Source of the DNA: Oligoflexales bacterium
GTDB taxonomy: Bacteria; Bdellovibrionota_B; Oligoflexia; Oligoflexales; RGVZ01
Reading direction: 5' to 3'
Assembly: GCA_947494335.1 (NCBI GenBank)
Contig: CANLUT010000003.1
Coordinates: forward strand, 22,682 to 86,681
DNA: 64,000 nt
The notes under the pieces were generated by a model. It saw only the letters and a list, made by a program, of their open reading frames with translations, was not told the origin of the DNA and did not search any database. How positions within the stretch are numbered: the first letter of the stretch is position 1; the number at the start of each line of letters is the position of its first letter. The position numbers and the translations under genes were made by a program. Positions 1 to 8,088 of the stretch are shown here, in pieces.

Positions 1-1
1 T

Positions 2-745
2 TCAGTCGGACTCAACTACGATGCCTCTCCAAACCGGCTTCGCATCGGTTTGTCTGCGCTAGTTTATGCTTCGAACGGTATCTCCGCTAAAATCGACACG
101 CCACTTGCATCGGGAGCACAGGGCGGCGGTTTGAAAGGCACAGATCAAACTTCGAATAAATTTATGTCGGAATTTTTGATGGGGGTTGAGTTTCAAGTCA
201 ATCCATTGCTGACCATATACTCCGATGGATTATGGAGACGCGCGGATCCCAGCCAAGAAGAATTCAGCATTGTTGATCTGGTTTCAAAAAAGAAGGATAT
301 CCATGACACACTTAGCTATTTTGGAGCTCTAAGTTACATGGTTAGACCATCGCAGTTCGGCTTAGCAACCTTCACATATGAGCCATCGCCAATTGGGCCT
401 GGAAGTAAGGGTGAGGGTGGACTTTCTGGTTTTGGAATGAAGGAAACGATTTTACTATATTCGGGGTTTGGTGATTTGCTTCCTGCATGGAGTCTTGGCG
501 CTGGTTATCAATACGGGGAGGAACTACCTACGCAAGATGACACAGGACGTGCTGGTCGACCTGGTAAAGGCCGGAGCGATAAAGTAAAAAAATTAGAAAG
601 GACCAGTTTGAAAGACCGGATAACGTTTTCAATTGGTGTACGCTACCGTCGTGCATCTCTTGGAGTTGATTTGGATGGAGAGCTCCCGGGGGCTTATTCA
701 CAGACAAAACTACAGTTTCCGATTTCTCTAAAGACTATCTTTTAA
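2..745 (+). CDS. outer-membrane beta-barrel-type protein, 5' end outside the window
   Basis: The frame is open from base 2, with no stop before the TTG at 50 used by the ORF track. The sequence is Gly/Tyr/Ser-rich with an alternating pattern and ends ...ISLKTIF (C-terminal Phe), typical of OMPs. A hairpin terminator follows. Confidence 0.5.
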   Translation, partial: SVGLNYDASPNRLRIGLSALVYASNGISAKIDTPLASGAQGGGLKGTDQTSNKFMSEFLMGVEFQVNPLLTIYSDGLWRRADPSQEEFSIVDLVSKKKDIHDTLSYFGALSYMVRPSQFGLATFTYEPSPIGPGSKGEGGLSGFGMKETILLYSGFGDLLPAWSLGAGYQYGEELPTQDDTGRAGRPGKGRSDKVKKLERTSLKDRITFSIGVRYRRASLGVDLDGELPGAYSQTKLQFPISLKTIF

Positions 746-751
746 AAGTAA

Positions 752-773
752 AACCCCGCCAAATGGCGGGGTT
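752..773. terminator. intrinsic terminator hairpin shared by convergent genes
   Basis: aaccccgcc-aaat-ggcggggtt forms a 9-bp GC-rich stem with an A-run before and a T-rich tract after. It lies between the stop at 745 (+) and the stop at 796 (-). Confidence 0.8.
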
Positions 774-795
774 TCGTTGAAAAGATTAAGTGAAA

Positions 796-1611
796 TTATT
801 CAGCTGACGTGTAGAAGAATAATGCTGCGTCGCCTGCTGTGGATGCGAGCTGGTTACAGCCTTGCTTTGACCATGCAAAGCCACCGTCACCCCAGTCCGT
901 ACCCCAGGAGTTTCCAATCAGGAATTCATAACCACCGTTTGGTGCTGGACGGTATCCGGCAAGGGTCACCATGTGGTTAATGCCGCGGCTACCGCAGGAT
1001 GTAATGCGTGCACTCGAATTTGGAGAAAAGCTGCTACCAGCTGCAACAGTTACGGCTATAACGCCGTAGTCAAGGATGGCTTGACGTAGCTCATCGACCC
1101 CTGGAGCGCGGTTGTTGGCTCCAATCATGGCCCAGCGTGTTGCTTTTGCAAATTTTTCACCTTTGCATGAGTAACGGGCGCTTGCACGGTAAGGACAAAG
1201 TTCTTCTGTGGTCACTCCTTTTGAAACCTCAAAACGTCCATCCATGAAACCACCGCGACAGCCGTAAGAATTTGGATCATTTACGAGAGCGTCCTGCTCA
1301 GCAAGATCCAGTGCTTCGTCGGAAGAACGGCCGGCTTTGATCAAAGCCGCTTCAAATGCTTTGGTGCGGGCAAATGACCAGCAAGATCCACAGTTACCTT
1401 GATTCTTGATGGGAGTCACCAGACCTTGCTCGCGTGCGTCATAGCTCTCTGGCAAATCACCGCGAACAGTGATGGACTTGTACTGAGCTGGCATTCCTTT
1501 AGGTCGTGGCAATAAACCCGTGCGGTAGGTTTTGCCTTTGATGGTGACTTCATCAGACTCAGCAAAAGCGGCAGTCGATAAGAACAAAAGACTCCATAAA
1601 AGTTTACGCAT
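796..1611 (-). CDS. secreted papain-family (C1) cysteine peptidase
   Basis: Carries the NQGNCGSCWSF catalytic-Cys motif, then INHMVTLAGY (His) and NSWGTDWGDGGF motifs. Start moved to ATG 1611 (MRKLLWSLLFLSTAAFA signal peptide), preceded by AAGGAG (plus-strand ctcctt, 1619-1624). Confidence 0.85.
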   Translation of the reverse strand: MRKLLWSLLFLSTAAFAESDEVTIKGKTYRTGLLPRPKGMPAQYKSITVRGDLPESYDAREQGLVTPIKNQGNCGSCWSFARTKAFEAALIKAGRSSDEALDLAEQDALVNDPNSYGCRGGFMDGRFEVSKGVTTEELCPYRASARYSCKGEKFAKATRWAMIGANNRAPGVDELRQAILDYGVIAVTVAAGSSFSPNSSARITSCGSRGINHMVTLAGYRPAPNGGYEFLIGNSWGTDWGDGGFAWSKQGCNQLASTAGDAALFFYTSAE

Positions 1612-1820
1612 ATATTCACTCCTTCGTGTTTGGAATTGATTCCATCCCTTTATTTTAAGGCGTGGCACGCAAACCTCAAAGTAACGCAGCGGACAATTAA
1701 ATGGGTGAAAACTCTCAGAAGCCTTGATGTGCAGGCATTCTGAGAGTTCCTAGTGTGAGGTATTATAAATTTTTATGAGCGCTTTTTGTCAAAAAACAAA
1801 TGTACTAGCGCGAGGTGTGA

Positions 1821-2579
1821 TTATGGAGTGGGGAGCGCGCAAACGTCGCTCGTAATTTGATTGGCGACCTTTCTCCACATGGTTTCATCGGTCTCCATCA
1901 AGCGGTGCGCACCCATTGGGATCCACCAGCCAGCGTCGAAGGAGCGCTCAACGTTTTCATGAGCCGCGGTAATCTTGCTCGAGTGAAGCAAAGTAAATTC
2001 AAGCTGAAACCAGTTTGTCCAACGAGCTACGCTTTTGGAGATCTGAGCGTAGTCTGGCTCAAGATCTTGAGGCGCACGCCGACAGCCTGGAGATGAGCCG
2101 GAGATGACGCCACCAATAAAAATGGCGGGTCCACAATCTCTGACACTGATGGGGTCGACAGTATGCAGTGCTCTATAGTTTAAGTTTGGAAGACGTCGCA
2201 CAAGATCCATCGCAGTCCAGCCGCCATGGGACTGACCCCACAAATAAATCGGAGCGTTATCATTAGCGGCTGCAGTGTCTTCAACTAATTGCGCGAGTTG
2301 ATCTCTGTTCATCGGTGCACTTTGCAAATCAAGAGCGCCTGATGAAACGTAAATAGGATCGTTACCCAGTGCGTAGCAAGTTCTGATTTCAATGATTTCA
2401 TTTTTGTAGGCTTTTTGCACCTGATCCACGGTTTGATTCATCATGGCAGATGATTTGATCTCAGTTGTTTTTCCATCAAGAGCGCAGGATCCAAAGCCGC
2501 CCATGAAAACCATGATCGGGCTGGCCCAAGCGTTGGAGCTGATCATTAGGCATAAAACAAATGTCGTCATGCGAAACAT
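1821..2579 (-). CDS. secreted alpha/beta-hydrolase (lipase/esterase-like)
   Basis: Signal peptide MFRMTTFVLCLMISSNAWA and nucleophile elbow GQSHGG (G-x-S-x-G). No finer family assignment is possible by eye. Confidence 0.6.
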   Translation of the reverse strand: MFRMTTFVLCLMISSNAWASPIMVFMGGFGSCALDGKTTEIKSSAMMNQTVDQVQKAYKNEIIEIRTCYALGNDPIYVSSGALDLQSAPMNRDQLAQLVEDTAAANDNAPIYLWGQSHGGWTAMDLVRRLPNLNYRALHTVDPISVRDCGPAIFIGGVISGSSPGCRRAPQDLEPDYAQISKSVARWTNWFQLEFTLLHSSKITAAHENVERSFDAGWWIPMGAHRLMETDETMWRKVANQITSDVCALPTP

Positions 2580-2758
2580 CGTTCACCTCAACAAGACATT
2601 AATGGATAGGTCCGGGTATAACTATTACAAATATCCATAGAATCCAATGAAAATGTCTATCCAAGATAAACATCTGAAATCACGTGGAAATAATTGATTT
2701 GAGAACTGTCGTTTCGTGCGTATGTTGTGATGTAGAGGTGATTTTTTGAGGGGTTTTT

Positions 2759-3115
2759 ATGCGGCAGTCATTAACAGATCTAAACAGGAAGACCGTTGAA
2801 ACACAGCTAAAGTGCTACAACGCCAGAGATCTGGAAGGGTTCTGCGCCTGCTATCACTCTGAGGTAATCGTAGAATGGATCGTATCGGGTCGTCAGATCA
2901 GCAAGGGTATGGATGCTTTCAAGGCTAAATATCAAAAGCTTTTTGCATCGTCGCCAGCCCTTCACTGTGAAGTAAAGCATCGATCATATGTGGGTGAGAC
3001 CATTATCGACGAGGAGTTTGTTACAGGTATCAGTGGGATCGAAGATGGTCTCCACACGGTGGCGATCTACGGATTTAGGGACGGTCTGATTGATCGCGTG
3101 TGGTTCTTACGTTAG
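2759..3115 (+). CDS. small NTF2/SnoaL-like fold protein (tentative)
   Basis: 118 aa with a GAGGGG SD upstream of the ATG. The N-terminus ...VETQLKCYNARDLEGFCACYHSEV... resembles SnoaL/NTF2-like proteins. Assignment is by eye only. Confidence 0.45.
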   Translation: MRQSLTDLNRKTVETQLKCYNARDLEGFCACYHSEVIVEWIVSGRQISKGMDAFKAKYQKLFASSPALHCEVKHRSYVGETIIDEEFVTGISGIEDGLHTVAIYGFRDGLIDRVWFLR

Positions 3116-3145
3116 CAGAGAATAGGTGAGTCGGAGGGACATTCT

Positions 3146-3367
3146 ATGAATTTCGATCCCATTGCAAAATTTTTGGTGATTGCTGGTATTGTCTCAATTG
3201 TGGCTGGACTTCTTTGGCAGTCTGGACTCATTCAAATGCTGAGTCTCGGCAAGCTTCCAGGTGATATTGTCGTAGAAAATGATCGCTACCGTTTTTACTT
3301 TCCCATCGTTACGAGCTTGGTTCTGAGTGCTCTTCTTTCCTTTATTTTGTGGTTATTTCGGCGATAA
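3146..3367 (+). CDS. DUF2905-family small membrane protein
   Basis: 73 aa with two hydrophobic helices flanking LGKLPGDIVVENDRYRFYFPI, the DUF2905 signature. A GGAGGG SD precedes the ATG. Confidence 0.7.
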   Translation: MNFDPIAKFLVIAGIVSIVAGLLWQSGLIQMLSLGKLPGDIVVENDRYRFYFPIVTSLVLSALLSFILWLFRR

Positions 3368-3382
3368 GTTGACTCGAAACAA

Positions 3383-3415
3383 AAAGGCCGCGCACTATTG
3401 AAGTACGCAGCCTTT
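3383..3415. terminator. probable terminator hairpin between convergent genes
   Basis: aaaggccgcg ... cgcagccttt forms a 10-bp stem with one mismatch and a 13-nt loop. An A-run precedes it and a T-rich tract follows. It lies between the stops at 3367 (+) and 3437 (-). Confidence 0.4.
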
Positions 3416-3436
3416 GATGTTTTGTGTCCCGAGGAA

Positions 3437-3952
3437 TTACTTCTGCTGAGCGCTGAGTGGCATTCCAAATTTAAAGCCACCAGAGAACGTCCAGTCATCA
3501 GCCGTTGTATTGGTTTGGCTCTCGTCGTGAGCGGTCATGACCTCATCCAACATCTGATCGCCGTTCAGTGACTGCTTATCGCCTTCGTAAATTTTGGAAT
3601 AAACATCACCGTAGTACACAACATAGTTGGTGCCGCGCAGGTAGGTGCCGGTCAAGACCATGGCGGTATGCTCAGGTGCTCCGGGAGGATCAAGAAACAG
3701 GACAGAGAAGATCGTGCGTCCGTGAGTTTTCTTGGTTTTGAATGCATGGCTTTCGAGGCTGTGATTTGCGCTTTTAAAAATAACTTTGCCTTGACCGCGA
3801 GCTGGTACGTCAAGAGTGACTTCGCGTTTGACCATTTCTCCAGAAGGCATCTTATAGAATACTTTGCCTGGGACTTCGGCAGCCATGGTAGCTGAGCCAA
3901 GAAATGAGGCCGTTATAATAAGTACAAAAAGTGAAATAAGTTGTTTTTTCAT
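3437..3952 (-). CDS. secreted hypothetical protein
   Basis: Signal peptide MKKQLISLFVLIITASFLGSATMAA. ATG 3952 was chosen because the GGGAG SD lies about 8 nt upstream, too close to the ATG at 3958. No recognisable family. Confidence 0.6.
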   Translation of the reverse strand: MKKQLISLFVLIITASFLGSATMAAEVPGKVFYKMPSGEMVKREVTLDVPARGQGKVIFKSANHSLESHAFKTKKTHGRTIFSVLFLDPPGAPEHTAMVLTGTYLRGTNYVVYYGDVYSKIYEGDKQSLNGDQMLDEVMTAHDESQTNTTADDWTFSGGFKFGMPLSAQQK

Positions 3953-4096
3953 GATCATGTCTCCCTAGCGTAAGGTTATGAATAATCGCTCCGTCCAAAT
4001 GATGGACGAGTGGCAGAGGATACTCTGATTCCACATAATTAAAAACGTATAATCGTGCTTGTCTACCTTTTTAGGTCAAAAGCTGAGGTGACCTAT

Positions 4097-4957
4097 TTAA
4101 ATGATACCCAAATTTGCAGCCTCGGCGGCGATGAGCTGTCCGGCTCGCCGGAAGAAGTCGCCGCGAATTCGTGTGATATGACTCATTCCGTGCGCTTCTC
4201 CCACAATTGATGTGACATCGCGCTGTGGTAAGGACTTTTGCGGGCACCCAAACTGCCCAAGAGCCAGCGTTCTTTTCGATAACAAATAAAGAGAACTCAA
4301 AATGAAATCCATGCGTGAATACCAGATCATGGCGCGCGCTGATTCATGGCCCGTGTAAAGTTTCGAGACCATACGATACTCGCCGGCTTCGGTTAGGCTG
4401 CCCCTTTGTAAAGCTGGCTGCAGTGACCACCAGATTCCAGGGCGAATGAGCATGGATGATGATTCAAGAACTAGCCTCAGAGCCTCGGCCCAAACAAGGC
4501 TTCCCATGCTATGGGTAATAACAATCGGTCCGGCACTTCCGTAACTGTTCCATTCAAGGATGAAAGGCTGTAGGTATTGCGCCGCCTCTTTGGCCCTTTT
4601 CTCAACGTCATTCATGTAGCGTCGGCATTTCATGAGTTCGGTTAGACCTTGAATGATCTGTTTTGATCGATTTGCAGCAAAAAAACTCGAAGATATCTCT
4701 CTAGGAACAATCAAGCTGTTCCATGTCAGTAAGTAAATGCTTCTGTTTTTTAAATTTTCGATTCCTAGATGCTGGAGCATGGGGGCCACTAGGTCCTTCA
4801 TTGCTTCCTCAGGTCCGTGAAATTCCACTCCATGAATAAATAAGATTGGTGGACAATGGTCTCGTAATTGCCTGGGTTTGGAAATTTTTTCCATGCGACC
4901 GTCATTAAGGTCGAGCAATTTCCAAATTGATGCGTCGGTGTTTAAAACCGCGTTCAT
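4097..4957 (-). CDS. alpha/beta-hydrolase-like protein, no signal peptide
   Basis: 286 aa with ILFIHG (oxyanion-hole-like) and ITHSMGS (G-x-S-x-G-like nucleophile elbow). Family unresolved. Confidence 0.5.
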   Translation of the reverse strand: MNAVLNTDASIWKLLDLNDGRMEKISKPRQLRDHCPPILFIHGVEFHGPEEAMKDLVAPMLQHLGIENLKNRSIYLLTWNSLIVPREISSSFFAANRSKQIIQGLTELMKCRRYMNDVEKRAKEAAQYLQPFILEWNSYGSAGPIVITHSMGSLVWAEALRLVLESSSMLIRPGIWWSLQPALQRGSLTEAGEYRMVSKLYTGHESARAMIWYSRMDFILSSLYLLSKRTLALGQFGCPQKSLPQRDVTSIVGEAHGMSHITRIRGDFFRRAGQLIAAEAANLGII

Positions 4958-5145
4958 GTCCCATCCCTGATCTTTTTGTGAGGTGCTGCATCCATGATCT
5001 GGCTTTCATGAAAAGATCTGTTAAAGACCAAGAAAAAAATTCGAGAAAAGGTATCTGGGATAACTTATTAGACGAATCTAAAGAAGGCCTTATTCATTTT
5101 AAGTATCTAAAATAATTGGATAAATTTGAGTAATACAAAAAATTC

Positions 5146-5173
5146 TAAAGTTGGCCCTATCCGAGGCCGATAC
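5146..5173 (+). promoter_or_regulatory. sigma-28 (FliA)-like promoter P1
   Basis: TAAAGTTG (5146-5153), 12-nt spacer, GCCGATAC (5166-5173), against the enteric consensus TAAAGTTT-N11-GCCGATAA. It lies inside the ORF-track N-terminal extension (5151-5216) and 44 nt upstream of the SD-supported ATG at 5217. Confidence 0.55.
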
Positions 5174-5216
5174 TACCTTACATTTGGCGCAAAAATTTAA
5201 TTTGGAGAGACAGCAA

Positions 5217-6500
5217 ATGATCTTGGACAACAAATTGCGGGCAGTCTTGATCGGCAGTGTAATGACGCTCTTGACCCCTAATACTGCCTTTGCTGGTATC
5301 GAGGTTCAGCCAACTCCCACGCCGACCCCGACGCCAACTCCAGCCCCGACCCCAACTCCAACGCCAGTGCCAACTCCAACTCCAACGCCAGTGCCAACTC
5401 CAACTCCTGAATTGACGCCAGAAGCATTTGAGATGGAGTTTGCAATTACGCCGTTCTCCAACATGGAACATGGATGGCACGTTTTTGAGCCAGGATACCG
5501 TGCTGTTTGTTCAGACGGGCAAGGGGTCGTAGCTACCGCCAAGCTTTCAATTGATGCGGCAATTAACGGTGAAACCACAGATGGTCGTGGCGCTTACCAG
5601 GGTTTAATTATTCGTCCTGTCGCTCAGTACATTCGTCGCGGCGCGACCTCAGGAAATTGTGAGCTTTCCATTTGTTTGGATCAAAACGCCGAGCGAGCTC
5701 AATCACAGGCGAGCTGCAAACAAGTAAGCAGCGTGACAGATGGTGATGCAGAGCGCGCTTTATCATTTAAGCAAAGTGTTCCGTATCGGGTTCATGGAAA
5801 CAAAATCAGCTTACAAACAGGGGCACCGGGGTTATCCGCATGGCATCCGGCTTTTGGATTTGCAGCGCCTGCCAAGTCATTTAAAGATTACCAGTCTCCA
5901 CTTGTTCTCGATATGAACGGTGATGGTGTTCTATCGCTCACCGATGTTTGGAACGAAAAAAAGACCATTCAATTTGATATGGCCTTAGAAGGTCGTAACT
6001 ATCCGACGGGCTGGGTAGGTCCGAAGGATGCGTTTTTGGTGATTGACCGTAATCGTAACGGAGTTATTGACAATTCATCTGAGCTTTTCGGTGAATATAC
6101 CGGAGCTGATATCAACGGACCCAAGACATTTAAGAACGGATTTTCAGCGCTGACTCTGTTCGATTCGAACGCTGACGGTCGTGTTGATGCCCGTGACAAG
6201 CAATTTGAATCCCTTGCGGTCTGGTTTGATAAAAACCAGAACGGTAAGACTGACCGCGGTGAGCTGCAGTCTCTTGCGGTGGCTGGAGTAAAAACAATCA
6301 GCCTTACTTTCGCTGATCTTCGTGATGCAAAGGGACATGTTCCATTAATTGCTGGCAACGAGGTTCGTCTTGCCGGCACATTTGAAACTAATTCCGGGAA
6401 AACACAGAAGATTGCTGATGTTTGGTTTAAGGTGCGGCGAAATTATAACAATGCCACGGCTATGACAAAATGGCTCATGGCTCCAGCTAAGCAGAAATAA
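5217..6500 (+). CDS. secreted Pro/Thr-linker protein with four DxNxDG-type calcium-binding loops
   Basis: Start moved to ATG 5217 (GGAGAGA SD; signal peptide MILDNKLRAVLIGSVMTLLTPNTAFA). It has a (TP)n/(VPTP)n linker, a Cys-containing middle domain, and the loops DMNGDGVLSLTD, DRNRNGVIDNSSE, DSNADGRVDARD and DKNQNGKTDRGE. Confidence 0.75.
   Translation: MILDNKLRAVLIGSVMTLLTPNTAFAGIEVQPTPTPTPTPTPAPTPTPTPVPTPTPTPVPTPTPELTPEAFEMEFAITPFSNMEHGWHVFEPGYRAVCSDGQGVVATAKLSIDAAINGETTDGRGAYQGLIIRPVAQYIRRGATSGNCELSICLDQNAERAQSQASCKQVSSVTDGDAERALSFKQSVPYRVHGNKISLQTGAPGLSAWHPAFGFAAPAKSFKDYQSPLVLDMNGDGVLSLTDVWNEKKTIQFDMALEGRNYPTGWVGPKDAFLVIDRNRNGVIDNSSELFGEYTGADINGPKTFKNGFSALTLFDSNADGRVDARDKQFESLAVWFDKNQNGKTDRGELQSLAVAGVKTISLTFADLRDAKGHVPLIAGNEVRLAGTFETNSGKTQKIADVWFKVRRNYNNATAMTKWLMAPAKQK
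5352..5408 (+). repeat. perfect 24-bp tandem duplication (2.4 copies) inside the PT linker
   Basis: ccaactccaacgccagtgccaact at 5352-5375 is repeated exactly at 5376-5399, followed by a partial copy ccaactcct. It sits within the wider Pro/Thr-coding tract 5310-5408. Confidence 0.9.
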
Positions 6501-6515
6501 GGGAGGAATGATTAT

Positions 6516-7226
6516 ATGAAACGCTCAATGAAGAATCTCCCGATAATTATCGTGTTAGGTGTCGCTACTTTAGGCGCCATTTCTTGTCGCAAGCAAGATG
6601 GAAAGGGTAAGGCTTCCGCTTTGCTCAGTTTGAGAACCGATCAAAAAGGAAGTGTTCCGGGTGGAAGTGATCCTCAAGCATTATGTAGCTTTCTGAAAGA
6701 TAAAGGTTATTTTCCAAAAAACTCTTATCCTACGAACACCAAAGTTTTGTTTTCTACCTCTTATGAGGTGGTTGAGGATTCTGCAGGTCAGGGCTACGGT
6801 GTTGTTGGTGCCGATGGGTTTTTTGAGCAGCAAGGTAATACGACCACCCAACTCCTCGTTTGTCCAGGTGCAAGCAGCATCAGTGGCGGTAAATGTAACT
6901 GGAAAATAAATGGGGATGATGGATACGCGCAGCTGGCGTTTGATGTTGTTTGTAACAAACGCTCGCGGCAGGGAACAAAGATTCATCCTGGCTATAGTCA
7001 ACAGTCAGCATCCTTGGTGAGCTATCAAGCGAGCACCGCTGGTCAGTCGACCTCGGGGCAAGATGCAGTTGAAGTCGTGCTACAGGGGCGTGAGTCAAAA
7101 GCACGCATTGTGTTTGCCAAAGGTGTAGGTCTTGTTGCGACCGTATTTCAGGAAAGCCTAACTCCAGCAGGAACAGCCGAAGTCTTTATCGGCGGAACAT
7201 CGAGTGGCAGCATGTTTGGTGATTGA
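6516..7226 (+). CDS. lipoprotein, unknown family
   Basis: GGGAGG SD. Signal peptide with lipobox: MKRSMKNLPIIIVLGVATLGAIS-C. It starts 15 nt after the previous stop, so it is probably co-transcribed. Confidence 0.7.
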   Translation: MKRSMKNLPIIIVLGVATLGAISCRKQDGKGKASALLSLRTDQKGSVPGGSDPQALCSFLKDKGYFPKNSYPTNTKVLFSTSYEVVEDSAGQGYGVVGADGFFEQQGNTTTQLLVCPGASSISGGKCNWKINGDDGYAQLAFDVVCNKRSRQGTKIHPGYSQQSASLVSYQASTAGQSTSGQDAVEVVLQGRESKARIVFAKGVGLVATVFQESLTPAGTAEVFIGGTSSGSMFGD

Positions 7227-7281
7227 GTTGATCGTTAGACTCTATCAGGACCGATCAATCAGTTAAGGTGGCAGGGAGCTA

Positions 7282-7938
7282 ATGGTGATCAGAAAATTAA
7301 ACTTCATGTGGTTAGGGCTTGCTTCACTTCTCGTGACGCTGGGATCCTGCAAGCAGTCTGGGGATTTTTCGGGTGGATCTGCCAGGCCAAATAAGCCTCT
7401 GCCTGCCGTGTCCAAGCCACCCGTTCAAACGGCTCCTTCCGATGACTGTCAGGACAGTAAGCTCATTGCCGTTAAAAGCCTTAGTAGTTTTATTTATCAG
7501 GGCGGCACGACGAAGTCGTTTGACGTGGAGCTCACCTTTCAGCCATGTCCAACACAAATGAACAGTGTTGAGCTTCCGATCAAGTTTGATTTAGATGCGT
7601 ACATCCAATTTATAAGTCAATCTGAAAAAACAATTCCTTATGAGCTTTTGGTCAATAATGCTCAACAATCCTCGGGTCGCTTGCGGCAAACCGTTGGATC
7701 TGATCTCTTTGGTAAGTCCTGTGCGACGTGTTTTTATTTTCTAACGGACTTTCCTCTCCAGGCGGATCCAAAGCTGACGAAAGCGATCTTGCGCTTAAGC
7801 TTGTCGTCGTTCGCAGTTCGTGGGCCAGCCACGTCCCAAACTGTCGCCGCACAGAACTTTACGGTCCCTCTTCATGTTCGCGTTGGATCAGCTGCTCCTG
7901 TGACAGGCCAGCTGACATTTACACCGATAGGACTCTAA
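7282..7938 (+). CDS. lipoprotein, unknown family
   Basis: AGGGAG SD and lipobox ...LLVTLGS-C. Pro-rich linker after the lipidated Cys. No recognisable domain. Confidence 0.7.
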   Translation: MVIRKLNFMWLGLASLLVTLGSCKQSGDFSGGSARPNKPLPAVSKPPVQTAPSDDCQDSKLIAVKSLSSFIYQGGTTKSFDVELTFQPCPTQMNSVELPIKFDLDAYIQFISQSEKTIPYELLVNNAQQSSGRLRQTVGSDLFGKSCATCFYFLTDFPLQADPKLTKAILRLSLSSFAVRGPATSQTVAAQNFTVPLHVRVGSAAPVTGQLTFTPIGL

Positions 7939-8041
7939 GTAGTCATCCTAATAGGGTGGAGACTTGGTTTTTAATTAGGGCCGCTCGCATCCGCTTAAGT
8001 ATCTAAAAATAATATAAAAAAGATCAAACTCAGAGATTAAA

Positions 8042-8069
8042 TAAAGAAAAGTTCAAAAAAAGCCGATAA
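8042..8069 (+). promoter_or_regulatory. sigma-28 (FliA)-like promoter P2
   Basis: TAAAGAAA (8042-8049), 12-nt spacer, GCCGATAA (8062-8069, an exact consensus -10). It lies 20 nt upstream of ATG 8089. Confidence 0.6.
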
Positions 8070-8088
8070 CCCCTGTGAGGTTAAACAG

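Noticed and set aside
1710-1748. The inverted repeat aactctcaga-N19-tctgagagtt between two minus-strand genes.
   Set aside because: It has a large loop and no T-run on the transcribed strand. Its function (terminator or operator) cannot be decided from sequence alone.
5151-5216. The N-terminal 22 codons of the ORF-track call 5151-6500.
   Set aside because: The sigma-28-like -10 box (5166-5173) lies inside this stretch. The ATG at 5217 has a GGAGAGA SD and starts a proper signal peptide, so 5151-5216 is more likely promoter and leader than coding.
5178-5578. Antisense ORFs 5178-5480 and 5306-5578 with W/R/G- or G/V-rich translations.
   Set aside because: They are mirror images of the Pro/Thr repeat, stop-free only because of its low complexity. 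They have no SD and no plausible protein features.
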